A model generated the notes under the pieces. It saw only the letters and a list, made by a program, of their open reading frames with translations. It was not told the DNA's origin and did no database searches. Shown here piece by piece: positions 9,675 to 17,860 of a DNA stretch of 64,000 nucleotides. Source of the stretch: a phage; sequence record PX393108.1, one strand, 5' to 3'. The first letter of the stretch is position 1; every line of letters begins with the position of its first letter. The position numbers and the translations under genes were made by a program.

Positions 9675-9735
9675 AGTTGTATAGTACCACAGTATGCTTT
9701 GGTTGTAAACCGTTTTGTGAAAAAAATTTTGAAAT
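9675..9735 (-). promoter_or_regulatory. T4-type early promoter upstream of motA (-35 TTTACA, 17-nt spacer, -10 TACTAT, A/T-rich UP region)
   Basis: Minus-strand sequence ...CACAAAACGGTTTACAACCAAAGCATACTGTGGTACTATACAACTATCAACTACTGATAC...; member of a repeated element family in this window. Confidence 0.6.
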
Positions 9736-9741
9736 AAAAAA

Positions 9742-9761
9742 GGGAGAGCCTCGGCTCTCCC
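9742..9761 (-). terminator. Rho-independent terminator (GGGAGAG...CTCTCCC hairpin + T-run on minus strand) after gene 52
   Basis: Inverted repeat GGGAGAGCCTCGGCTCTCCC followed on the minus strand by TTTTTTATTTC. Confidence 0.5.
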
Positions 9762-9767
9762 TAAAAT

Positions 9768-9917
9768 TTACTGCATGACTGTGATAACTGTCATGATAAC
9801 ACGTTGAATTCCGAACGCAAGAAGACCTCCTGCTACGGCTGGAACAACACCTAAACCCGCCAGTAAAATGCAACCGGATACTAATGCAGCGCCTGTAATA
9901 CCTATGAATGGACTCAT
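9768..9917 (-). CDS. Small hydrophobic peptide (49 aa), start overlaps gene 52 stop
   Basis: Hand-translated MSPFIGITGAALVSGCILLAGLGVVPAVAGGLLAFGIQRVIMTVITVMQ; ATGA overlap with gene 52 stop; ends just before the terminator hairpin. Confidence 0.35.
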   Translation of the reverse strand: MSPFIGITGAALVSGCILLAGLGVVPAVAGGLLAFGIQRVIMTVITVMQ

Positions 9918-11242
9918 TTGATTTCCTCTAAATCTTTGGTGTATTCTGTAACTACATCAGTAGTTTTCCAATATTCGTTTTCTTCTTTTTTAGCTTTAGC
10001 TTCTTCAGCAAGTTTCTTTGCTTCGTCGGAAGTCATATGAAAAATATTCATTCCGACTAGTTTATCAACATAAGAAGAATACATATCAATTTTAGAAAGT
10101 TCTTCAGTCAGTTCTTTGCGAGTTTTACCCTGTACAACGATTTCACCTGAAATTACTTTCTTAATGAAATGTGCCTTGGCAAAGGCTAAACGAAATGCCG
10201 ATTCAGTTTCTTTGATTTTGTTATCAATTCGTTTTTGGACATAAGTTTTACGAACTTCAACGAAGTCTTTAATTAAATCAACTACGTTATCGTAAACTTG
10301 TAGTTTTCCTTTCTCATTAATAACGGTAATATTCTGGGAACGACGCTCAATCAACCCGAAGTCTTTCATGATTTTTGCATGGCGTTCTTCTTCGTTATCG
10401 CTCAAGGAATATTCTTTACGGAATTTAACTTTGAAGCCAAAACCATGCTCACCGCAAGCATCATCCCACGTAATGAAGCCTTTATCTTCAAGCGGGTCTA
10501 AGATTTTACTCACATAAGTTTCACGATCATACTTATACGGAATCTCAGTGATATTCATTTGAGTTCGTGAGGTAAACTTGTACGTTCCACGAATTTCATA
10601 TTGACCGTCAATTTCAACGACTTCACCGCGAAATTCTGGGAATTCTACCTTCGGTTTAGTTACTTTCTTTCCTTGAAGAGCTTGTAGTACAGCTTTCTTG
10701 ACAGAAGAAACGCTATGAGGAAGAATGTAAGTTGCATAACCAGTTGCAATACCGGAAACACCATTAAGAAGAACGGTAGGAATAATAGGCAAATAGAAAG
10801 CAGGCGGAATGTGTTCTTTATCTTGATGTACCGGAGCATATTCAGTATCTTTATATACGTTATAGAAATTTTTACTTACACGAGCAAAAATATAACGACT
10901 TGCCGCTGCTTTTTGAACAGTACGAGAACCAAAGTTTCCTTGACCATCTAACAAAGGAAAGTTATTATTCCAAGTATTAGCCATCAAAGCCCCCGCATCT
11001 TGCGCAGAGTTTTCGCCATGATGATATCCAAGGTCCGCTACACCGCCTGCAATAGAAGCGAGTTTGTGAAACTTATCTTTATTTCCTCGTGCCAAATCAA
11101 GAGCTCGAGCGATAACAAATCGTTGAACTGGCTTAAATCCATCAATCATATTTGGAATAGCACGATTTTCAACCGTGTACATAGCATAAGCCAGTGCTTC
11201 ATTATCAATGATACTTTTTAAATCGCGATTATTCAGTTGCAT
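9914..11242 (-). CDS. 52: DNA topoisomerase II medium subunit gp52
   Basis: 442 aa; gyrase-A/ParC-like motifs; T4 gp52 length and position. Confidence 0.95.
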   Translation of the reverse strand: MQLNNRDLKSIIDNEALAYAMYTVENRAIPNMIDGFKPVQRFVIARALDLARGNKDKFHKLASIAGGVADLGYHHGENSAQDAGALMANTWNNNFPLLDGQGNFGSRTVQKAAASRYIFARVSKNFYNVYKDTEYAPVHQDKEHIPPAFYLPIIPTVLLNGVSGIATGYATYILPHSVSSVKKAVLQALQGKKVTKPKVEFPEFRGEVVEIDGQYEIRGTYKFTSRTQMNITEIPYKYDRETYVSKILDPLEDKGFITWDDACGEHGFGFKVKFRKEYSLSDNEEERHAKIMKDFGLIERRSQNITVINEKGKLQVYDNVVDLIKDFVEVRKTYVQKRIDNKIKETESAFRLAFAKAHFIKKVISGEIVVQGKTRKELTEELSKIDMYSSYVDKLVGMNIFHMTSDEAKKLAEEAKAKKEENEYWKTTDVVTEYTKDLEEIK

Positions 11243-11246
11243 AAAT

Positions 11247-11387
11247 TTACCATACTAGTGAATGTAGTGCCATAATAACATCAGAAATGAAAAGCACGAC
11301 TTGAATTAATCCGAACATTACTCCATAATATAGTGCTATCAATAAAATAGCAAGGGCTAATAAATAGCCCAAGATTTTCTTAATCAT
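11247..11387 (-). CDS. Small hydrophobic peptide (46 aa) immediately upstream of gene 52
   Basis: Hand-translated MIKKILGYLLALAILLIALYYGVMFGLIQVVLFISDVIMALHSLVW; overlaps the ac stop; single TM helix. Confidence 0.35.
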   Translation of the reverse strand: MIKKILGYLLALAILLIALYYGVMFGLIQVVLFISDVIMALHSLVW

Positions 11388-11538
11388 TAGTAGATAACAA
11401 CACAAATGTTAAATATGCACACATACCCTGAGCTAAAGCTTGTGAAAACACACTGCTAGCATCGATGCAGATAGTTAAAACACATGCTACTATCCAACAA
11501 ATAAATGAAATAACTCCTAATAATTTTGCAATATTCAT
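11380..11538 (-). CDS. ac: Small membrane protein, positional equivalent of T4 ac (acriflavine resistance)
   Basis: Hand-translated 52 aa MNIAKLLGVISFICWIVACVLTICIDASSVFSQALAQGMCAYLTFVLLSTND; lies between stp and 52 as ac does in T4. Confidence 0.5.
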   Translation of the reverse strand: MNIAKLLGVISFICWIVACVLTICIDASSVFSQALAQGMCAYLTFVLLSTND

Positions 11539-11545
11539 ATTTTCC

Positions 11546-11626
11546 TCACTGGCGTCCGAAGACGCCTTTAGTTTTAAGATTGTTACGATAGAACTGCATC
11601 ACGTGTTCGTTATGGAAATTACTCAT
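11546..11626 (-). CDS. stp: Stp peptide (26 aa)
   Basis: Hand translation gives [26 protein letters not shown], identical to the T4 Stp peptide as I recall it; start overlaps the ndd stop (TAATG). Confidence 0.8.
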
Positions 11627-12084
11627 TAGTATGCCTGCAAAACAAATTTAAAGTTATCAGCCAACATACGGTTCATTTCTTCAAGCGTTTGATACTCAGA
11701 ATGATGATTACGAGTAAACGCCAAAGCTAACTGACCTTTTCCAAATCCCGTCGTCAGAGGTTTCATCTTAGAAGCAGGTAAATAAAATACCGTGTATGTA
11801 ACATTGTTATTTGCAATAGTACGCGCAAGCTGAGACCGACGCTGGCGAATATGACTTAGAACTGCACTGAATCCTTGCTTAGAACGCTGATTACCTACAT
11901 AAAATCGTGCAGACACACATGGATTACTAAATAGACGACCATCTAATTTACTTACTAAAAAGTAAAATCCAGGGTTAGACAAAATGTCTTTATGCGGAGT
12001 TCCAAAAACCCATTCACCGCCCTTGATTGTACCAATAACAGTTGCGCCTGCATTATTCAGATCAGTAACAGTCATATATTTCAT
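11626..12084 (-). CDS. ndd: Nucleoid disruption protein Ndd
   Basis: ORF-track 168-aa frame trimmed to internal Met ([18 protein letters not shown]...), giving about 151 aa matching T4 Ndd. Confidence 0.9.
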
Positions 12085-12144
12085 TTTAATTTCCTCTAAA
12101 TTATTTTCTACTCCAAGGCCGCATGAATACACACGGCCGATAAA

Positions 12145-12360
12145 TTAATCGTCGCAGTCGACGCTCAATTCCCAGAACTCTTCTACGGTATAAGTTTCAG
12201 TATCATTTTCAATACAGAAACGTTCATTGCTGTTATTTGCTAAAGTAGCGTTAACTGTCATTTTCTCGCTAGTGCTCTTAAGAGGTGAAATACGAATTAA
12301 CTGATCACCATTATCTAAACAGAAAATTTCACCAACTTTTACATCTTTAAAAATTTTCAT
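12145..12360 (-). CDS. Hypothetical protein (71 aa), ndd.1-like position
   Basis: ORF upstream of ndd on the same strand. Confidence 0.55.
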   Translation of the reverse strand: MKIFKDVKVGEIFCLDNGDQLIRISPLKSTSEKMTVNATLANNSNERFCIENDTETYTVEEFWELSVDCDD

Positions 12361-12475
12361 AATTCACCTCAAGGAGTATAAAATCCAAATGCAGTTGTTG
12401 ACCATCCCATCCAATATGGGAAATTTGCGCCAATATAAAACATAAGAATATAAAACCAACCGCTCAGCAAATTCA

Positions 12476-12673
12476 TCATTTTACACCATTCCAAATTGTT
12501 TCAACCACAGATTTTAAGCCATTTTGGTGAATATCCATTCCGACAACTGCCATCAAATAGATTCCAACTACAACTGAACCTAAGGCGAAAATCAACATGA
12601 AAATGAATAAAGCTGGAAAAATATTATCGAAAAACCATTCAATAAATGTAAAAGCACTACGTTTACGCTTCAT
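12476..12673 (-). CDS. Small membrane protein (about 65 aa)
   Basis: ORF trimmed to MKRKRSAF...; two hydrophobic segments. Confidence 0.45.
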   Translation of the reverse strand: MKRKRSAFTFIEWFFDNIFPALFIFMLIFALGSVVVGIYLMAVVGMDIHQNGLKSVVETIWNGVK

Positions 12674-12680
12674 ATTTTCC

Positions 12681-12794
12681 TCACATAAATCCAAAGTAAG
12701 CGTTTAATACATCAATCATTAAAACGATTGGGAATATACTCAAAACTACTAATATTATAACTACATTCCATATAGCTTTAACAATCTTTTTCAT
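12681..12794 (-). CDS. Small membrane peptide (37 aa)
   Basis: ORF-track frame extends upstream through an early promoter; real start taken as MKKIVKAIWNVVIILVVLSIFPIVLMIDVLNAYFGFM just downstream of that promoter. Confidence 0.4.
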   Translation of the reverse strand: MKKIVKAIWNVVIILVVLSIFPIVLMIDVLNAYFGFM

Positions 12795-12814
12795 TTTCTG
12801 TTCCTCCGTAGTTG

Positions 12815-12870
12815 ATAGGGTAATAATACCACAGAGGAACAGTCTTGTAAACAACTTTTTTAAAAATATT
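12815..12870 (-). promoter_or_regulatory. T4-type early promoter (-35 GTTTACA, -10 TATTAT)
   Basis: Minus strand AAAAAAGTTGTTTACAAGACTGTTCCTCTGTGGTATTATTACC. Confidence 0.55.
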
Positions 12871-13037
12871 CGTAATAAATGTGAATACCAACTACTACCG
12901 CTGAAACTTGTGCAACCCACCACGCACAAGCAATAAGTACAGAATTCAAAATTTTCATAATAACCTCATCACAAAAGTAAATACTAAACAAATCAATGGA
13001 ATACTAATTAACCAAACAAAACACCACCACAATGAAC

Positions 13038-13310
13038 TCATAGTTCAATCTCAGCGATTTTCATTTCATTACTATTAATAGCCGCTTTAAGACTATCTGA
13101 AAGAATTACATTCCAGTGGTCATTCATATGACCATTAACTAAACGTGTAATTTCTTCGGGAGTTGAAAAATAAGGCGTATCAGACTCCCAATGCGATAGT
13201 CCCAAGCGAGTATAAATCATACCTTCATCATCGCTAGAATATTCAACTGACACAAACTCATCAGTTATTTTATGTTTAGCGTAATAAAATTTAAATTTCA
13301 TTTTACTCAA
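13038..13310 (-). CDS. Hypothetical protein (90 aa)
   Basis: ORF with 4-nt overlap to the upstream gene. Confidence 0.55.
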   Translation of the reverse strand: MSKMKFKFYYAKHKITDEFVSVEYSSDDEGMIYTRLGLSHWESDTPYFSTPEEITRLVNGHMNDHWNVILSDSLKAAINSNEMKIAEIEL

Positions 13311-13513
13311 TAATCCGCTAAAAGATCGACGATTGCATCACGAAGACACTTATTCGCAATACGCTTAAGAGCAATTTCAGTTTCTGGAGCATTTTGAATA
13401 ATCATTGAATTCAATTCAGCCTCAGCAAACTGAAGTTCTTTAACTAATTCAGCTTTATATTTTCCTTGCCCTTTCTTAGCTTTTGCTCGTTTTAATTCAG
13501 CTGTAGTAAACAT
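13307..13513 (-). CDS. Hypothetical protein (68 aa)
   Basis: ORF-track frame trimmed to Met after the early promoter (MFTTAELKRAKAKKGQ...). Confidence 0.5.
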   Translation of the reverse strand: MFTTAELKRAKAKKGQGKYKAELVKELQFAEAELNSMIIQNAPETEIALKRIANKCLRDAIVDLLADY

Positions 13514-13544
13514 TTTGTTCTCCAAATCCGTATCAGTTGATAGT

Positions 13545-13595
13545 TGTATAGTACCACAGTCCTTGTGGTATGTAAACCGTTTTGTGAAAATTTTT
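13545..13595 (-). promoter_or_regulatory. T4-type early promoter (-35 TTTACA, -10 TACTAT) with conserved leader
   Basis: Minus strand TTCACAAAACGGTTTACATACCACAAGGACTGTGGTACTATACAACTATCAACTGATACGGATTTGGAGAAC. Confidence 0.55.
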
Positions 13596-14151
13596 AAATG
13601 GAAAGATACCATCCGTTGTAGTTGCTTTTTCTTACAACCTTACGAAGGTCTTCTCTATCACCGATGAACTTCGGAGTGTACTGGATGACACCTGGATGAA
13701 TTTCTTTAGTGTTGAATATAATTATACAGTCAGCGACCTGATGATTCAGAATGGGCCCTAGATTTATTCCAGAACCGTATGGATACTCTCCGCTGCATCC
13801 GGTTGTTACCGAAATCCAGCGTGAGTCAGTTTGGTGTGTTTTGACTTCTACACGAAGCCCGCAATATCTTGGATGCGCCAATACATCCCATGCATATGTA
13901 TACGGGTCATTAACATCCTCTTGGCCTTTGTTAACATACCCGCTCAACCAATCTGCTACAAAAAACTCTGCATACACAGCGATACGGCATCTTTCGATGA
14001 CTTCTGCTTTATCCTGATTAGGATTTTGTTTTAAAGAGTATCTTGCTGTATCAGCAATTTTGACCTTCATTTCACTAGTCAAGTCATTGTTCGATAGGGT
14101 AAATGTCGGAATCTGAAATAGTCTCTGTAAACCCGGATTCGTTTTCTGCAT
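13594..14151 (-). CDS. denB: Endonuclease IV DenB
   Basis: 185 aa; length and position between ndd and rIIB match T4 denB. Confidence 0.85.
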   Translation of the reverse strand: MQKTNPGLQRLFQIPTFTLSNNDLTSEMKVKIADTARYSLKQNPNQDKAEVIERCRIAVYAEFFVADWLSGYVNKGQEDVNDPYTYAWDVLAHPRYCGLRVEVKTHQTDSRWISVTTGCSGEYPYGSGINLGPILNHQVADCIIIFNTKEIHPGVIQYTPKFIGDREDLRKVVRKSNYNGWYLSI

Positions 14152-14214
14152 TGAACTTTCCTTTTACGTCGGAATCACTGATATTCATACAATAAATCAT
14201 AGTTTCCCTTAAAA

Positions 14215-14234
14215 CAAAAGGGCCGAAGCCCTTT
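14215..14234 (-). terminator. GGGC-CGAA-GCCC hairpin flanked by A/T runs; putative terminator after the rIIB-downstream ORF
   Basis: AAAGGGCCGAAGCCCTTT inverted repeat followed on the minus strand by TTTTGTTTT. Confidence 0.5.
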
Positions 14235-14237
14235 ATT

Positions 14238-14432
14238 TTATTTGAACTGTGCAATTCTTTTCTCTAAACAATCCGCGTAAGATTTCATTGAGATGAACTG
14301 CGAAAGCAACAGTTCTTGCTCAACTGCATTAACCGTTGAAAACTTTTCACTTTCTAAAAATTTGCTCAGTGCATTAATTTTGAGCATTAATTGATCGTAT
14401 TCTTCTTTTACTCGTGCTTGATAACCTAACAT
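14238..14432 (-). CDS. Hypothetical protein (64 aa) downstream of rIIB
   Basis: ORF between two stem-loops. Confidence 0.55.
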   Translation of the reverse strand: MLGYQARVKEEYDQLMLKINALSKFLESEKFSTVNAVEQELLLSQFISMKSYADCLEKRIAQFK

Positions 14433-14460
14433 AATTTTCCTTAGTTAAGGGCCGAAGCCC

Positions 14461-15399
14461 TTATTTAAATTGTTCAGTAACGTCTTCAACTACTTCGTAT
14501 TGGCAGGTACGCATTTTAGCATCGTTGTAATCAATCGGAATTGATACTACATCGCGAGGATGTACTTTAACTTTTACAACTCGGCTGGTTGAACTGCCAA
14601 AGTGACGAATATAAGATTTAGAACACACGTGCAGACCGCGAGAACAAGTTTGTGTATCATCGTCATTCACACGAGTACGTGGCATTTTAACTACTTTACC
14701 AGGGCTGTTATCAAAGGTATTTGAGTGACAGTCAAAGTAATTGCTGCGAACTACTTTCCAAGCATAGAAGTAGCCGTCTTCTGTAATTTCAATATCGTTT
14801 GCTACCAAGAAATCAAAGAGTCGAGATACCGCTTTTTGGCTCGGGTTTTCCAACAGATTTTCCAAGAACGGAAAATAAAATTCAAAGTTTTCGCCTTTTT
14901 CCATCGAATCGAGAATACGATCAACTAAACCAGACCGCAATTCAATATTTTGATAGAACAAGCTTCCACCTTCAATTCGAACATCACCGGAAATATATTT
15001 TTCAACAGCGCGCCGAACGTTAATTTTTTGCGCTGCTTCTTCCAATTTATCTGCAACAAGCAGATTAAGAATTTCTTGGAAGTTTGAATGAGTATTAGGA
15101 GTTGCGTTATAAGTTACGCCGTCAACGGTAATTGAAATGAATTTTTTAGATGCATTCCAAATAATGTCAGATTTAGCAACTGGAGCAATAGCTGCATCGC
15201 TCTTAACTGTAACTGTAATGTCACCGCTAATGGTAACTTTGGAACGCTCAGCTTCTTCAGCATTTTTCAAAACACGACGGATTGTGTCAACCGATACACC
15301 TTGCCAATCAGCCAATTCCTGTTGAGTGTAATTACCACTTGAATACAGTTTGACAATTTCAGCTTGTTCGTTTTTGGTCAGGCATTTAATATTGTACAT
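14461..15399 (-). CDS. rIIB: rIIB lysis-inhibition/exclusion protein
   Basis: 312 aa, MYNIKCLTKNEQAEIVKLYSSGNYTQQELADWQGVSVDTIRR...; T4 rIIB length and sequence. Confidence 0.95.
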   Translation of the reverse strand: MYNIKCLTKNEQAEIVKLYSSGNYTQQELADWQGVSVDTIRRVLKNAEEAERSKVTISGDITVTVKSDAAIAPVAKSDIIWNASKKFISITVDGVTYNATPNTHSNFQEILNLLVADKLEEAAQKINVRRAVEKYISGDVRIEGGSLFYQNIELRSGLVDRILDSMEKGENFEFYFPFLENLLENPSQKAVSRLFDFLVANDIEITEDGYFYAWKVVRSNYFDCHSNTFDNSPGKVVKMPRTRVNDDDTQTCSRGLHVCSKSYIRHFGSSTSRVVKVKVHPRDVVSIPIDYNDAKMRTCQYEVVEDVTEQFK

Positions 15400-15410
15400 A
15401 ATTTTCCTTA

Positions 15411-17588
15411 TTAGGCCGCAAGGGCCTTCATAGTTTTAGCGATTTGGGAAACTTCATCATCACTTAAAGAGTTGCGATAACCGATGAAGTCGGAAACAAT
15501 ACGGAATTTCTTGGTAAACTCAGCAACCATTTTATCACTGTTTTTTGAAGCATTATTTGATAGTACATCAAAAAGATTAGTTACTGTCCAGATGTCATGA
15601 CCGATGGTACCTTTTCCACCGTTGAAATATATGCCCTGCAATGAACTAACCATATTACCAAGGCGAGTATATTCTTCAGAAACTTCATCTACACTGAAGT
15701 ACTTCATCATAAAATCTAGTTCAGGATACTTGATAATTTTATCAATATATCGTTTAGCTGAACTTGAATAACCTACATACTTATCATAATCTACAGCATC
15801 AAAAGCATCTACATATAAATCACGTAGAGTTTCAAAAATACATTGACACTGACCGAGTTCTTTTACCTTTTTCTGCAAAAGCGGACGAATAACATAAAAT
15901 TCATTAATGCCAATAAGATTAGCCATACGAGTCAAAATACTCGTAGATGGATGACAAAGCGATGTAGTACCATCCATAGAGAAAATATCAGAACGATGCA
16001 TGTATGCTACGTAACCAGTAATTTCATCTGCTTCTGACGTAAGTGTAAACAATTCCTCTTTTTCCCAGCGCCCGTCTTTAATTTCAAACTTAAACGCAGT
16101 AGCAGCTTTAGGACGAGGAGCTTTACTTTTAACTGCCTTCGGAATATAACTTTTAACTAAAGCTTCAATTTCTGACAAATAATGAATGTTAACTTCATCA
16201 CTTTCAAACATTGCCATAATATCAGGGAGTAAATCAATCTGTGATTCTACTTCCGGATTAATAAACAGAAGCCGCTCATTGTGATGAATATTCAAAGTGT
16301 TATTAAATTCACTATCATCTAACGCGCGTGCTAATCCACGGACAATATTAACACGATTTTTAGTATTATCAATAACAATATTAATTTTTGTCGTATTAAT
16401 ACCAAACAGACGATAGCTTGATGCAACGGCTGAAGTTTCATGACTTTGCTTAATGCGTTTCAGTCGAGGATCAAGATTTACTTCATACACAACCCCTGCA
16501 TTGCATAACTTACTGTCAGGTTCAAACATGCTCTGCATCTTTTTATATGACAGATTTTTAGTCGTGAATTTGACTGAATTGCTAATCATATAATCTCGAG
16601 CAGAATATCCCATCTTCATCAATTCACGGTATGTATGACGAGGAGATGTAGATTCTTTAAATCGTTTTACATCTTCATTGAATGCCTTCTCACTAAGCTC
16701 TTTAACACGCTCAATAATATTTTTACGAGTACGATCATCCAGCGAAAGAGCCTCACGCGATGGAGCAATATCAAGTGAACCCATCGGAAACTTAATATAA
16801 TTCACTTCATTGCGAATGCTTAACCAGTTACGGTCTCTAATAACACCGTCAATAGGATAAACAATACCGCCATAGATAGCATACAATCCACCACGATCTG
16901 GCCAGTATCTTTCTGGATTTACGCCGTAATAATCATCAAAATCCGGAAAATAATCAATTTCACGGTCAAGACCATTAATGATAGCCAAATCTTTGAATGG
17001 TCGCATGATATAAGAAACTTCATAAGCAAAGTTTCTAAAGTCTTTTTCTTCAACTGGAACTACGATTTCAATGCCAGTTTTATCATCTGGACCCATTTCT
17101 TTTACGAATGTAGGTTTAATCTGTGGACCATCACCATCCATGTAAGCTACATAACCACGAATTTCACCTTTATGATATGAAGTAATACTAAATGTATCAG
17201 TATAACTAAACGGAGATTTAGAACCTAAACCAAATCCACCAATGAAATCATTAGATTCAGCCTTAGATGAACTGAAGTATGAATTATACAACCCAGGAGA
17301 ATTATCATCACCTTGAATATCAAAATCGCTCATACCTGGACCAAAATCTCGACAAACAAATCGCGGATCTAATCGTCCTGGAACTTGAATGATAAATTTT
17401 TCAGGATTTCCATTGAGAGCATGAGCATCAATCATGTTGGTAATCAATTCACGGACTACTGCGCGAATCTTGTTTGTATACAAATCAGATGACAGAATTT
17501 TAAATACTTTAAGAGACGCTGTGATGCTAAATGCTTTTGATTTAGAACCATTACCAAGAATTGTTTCTTTTTCAGTGGTGATAATCAT
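15411..17588 (-). CDS. rIIA: rIIA protein
   Basis: 725 aa; ATPase-like motifs; T4 rIIA length and synteny. Confidence 0.95.
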   Translation of the reverse strand: MIITTEKETILGNGSKSKAFSITASLKVFKILSSDLYTNKIRAVVRELITNMIDAHALNGNPEKFIIQVPGRLDPRFVCRDFGPGMSDFDIQGDDNSPGLYNSYFSSSKAESNDFIGGFGLGSKSPFSYTDTFSITSYHKGEIRGYVAYMDGDGPQIKPTFVKEMGPDDKTGIEIVVPVEEKDFRNFAYEVSYIMRPFKDLAIINGLDREIDYFPDFDDYYGVNPERYWPDRGGLYAIYGGIVYPIDGVIRDRNWLSIRNEVNYIKFPMGSLDIAPSREALSLDDRTRKNIIERVKELSEKAFNEDVKRFKESTSPRHTYRELMKMGYSARDYMISNSVKFTTKNLSYKKMQSMFEPDSKLCNAGVVYEVNLDPRLKRIKQSHETSAVASSYRLFGINTTKINIVIDNTKNRVNIVRGLARALDDSEFNNTLNIHHNERLLFINPEVESQIDLLPDIMAMFESDEVNIHYLSEIEALVKSYIPKAVKSKAPRPKAATAFKFEIKDGRWEKEELFTLTSEADEITGYVAYMHRSDIFSMDGTTSLCHPSTSILTRMANLIGINEFYVIRPLLQKKVKELGQCQCIFETLRDLYVDAFDAVDYDKYVGYSSSAKRYIDKIIKYPELDFMMKYFSVDEVSEEYTRLGNMVSSLQGIYFNGGKGTIGHDIWTVTNLFDVLSNNASKNSDKMVAEFTKKFRIVSDFIGYRNSLSDDEVSQIAKTMKALAA

Positions 17589-17598
17589 AATTTCCTCA

Positions 17599-17802
17599 TT
17601 AATTCATATTGCGTTTAATAACTTCAGCAACTTCTAGTAGTTCATCTTTAGTTGCGGTGTCGGATTGAATTTTATCTCTAATATCCTTAAAGCGGTTTTT
17701 AAACTCTTCGGCTTCTCCCATATCGAAAAAGCGTTGAATGATTCTATATTCTCGATGAACTGCTTTATCAAAAAGTTCTAAATTTACTTTATATGATTTC
17801 AT
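17599..17802 (-). CDS. Small protein rIIA.1-like (67 aa)
   Basis: ORF between the early promoter and rIIA. Confidence 0.6.
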   Translation of the reverse strand: MKSYKVNLELFDKAVHREYRIIQRFFDMGEAEEFKNRFKDIRDKIQSDTATKDELLEVAEVIKRNMN

Positions 17803-17820
17803 TTCAATATCCTCATTTGC

Positions 17821-17860
17821 CCAATTAATTATACCACATCCTTGTGGTAAAGTAAACTAT
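17821..17860 (-). promoter_or_regulatory. T4-type early promoter (-35 GTTTACT, 17 nt, -10 TATAAT) overlapping the gene 39 stop
   Basis: Minus strand GTTTACTTTACCACAAGGATGTGGTATAAT. Confidence 0.6.

Noticed and set aside
9643-9873. 76-aa minus-strand ORF between gene 52 and motA
   Set aside because: It spans a terminator hairpin and the motA early promoter, has Arg/Ser/Cys-rich low-complexity translation, and is better explained by a 49-aa hydrophobic ORF in another frame plus regulatory sequence
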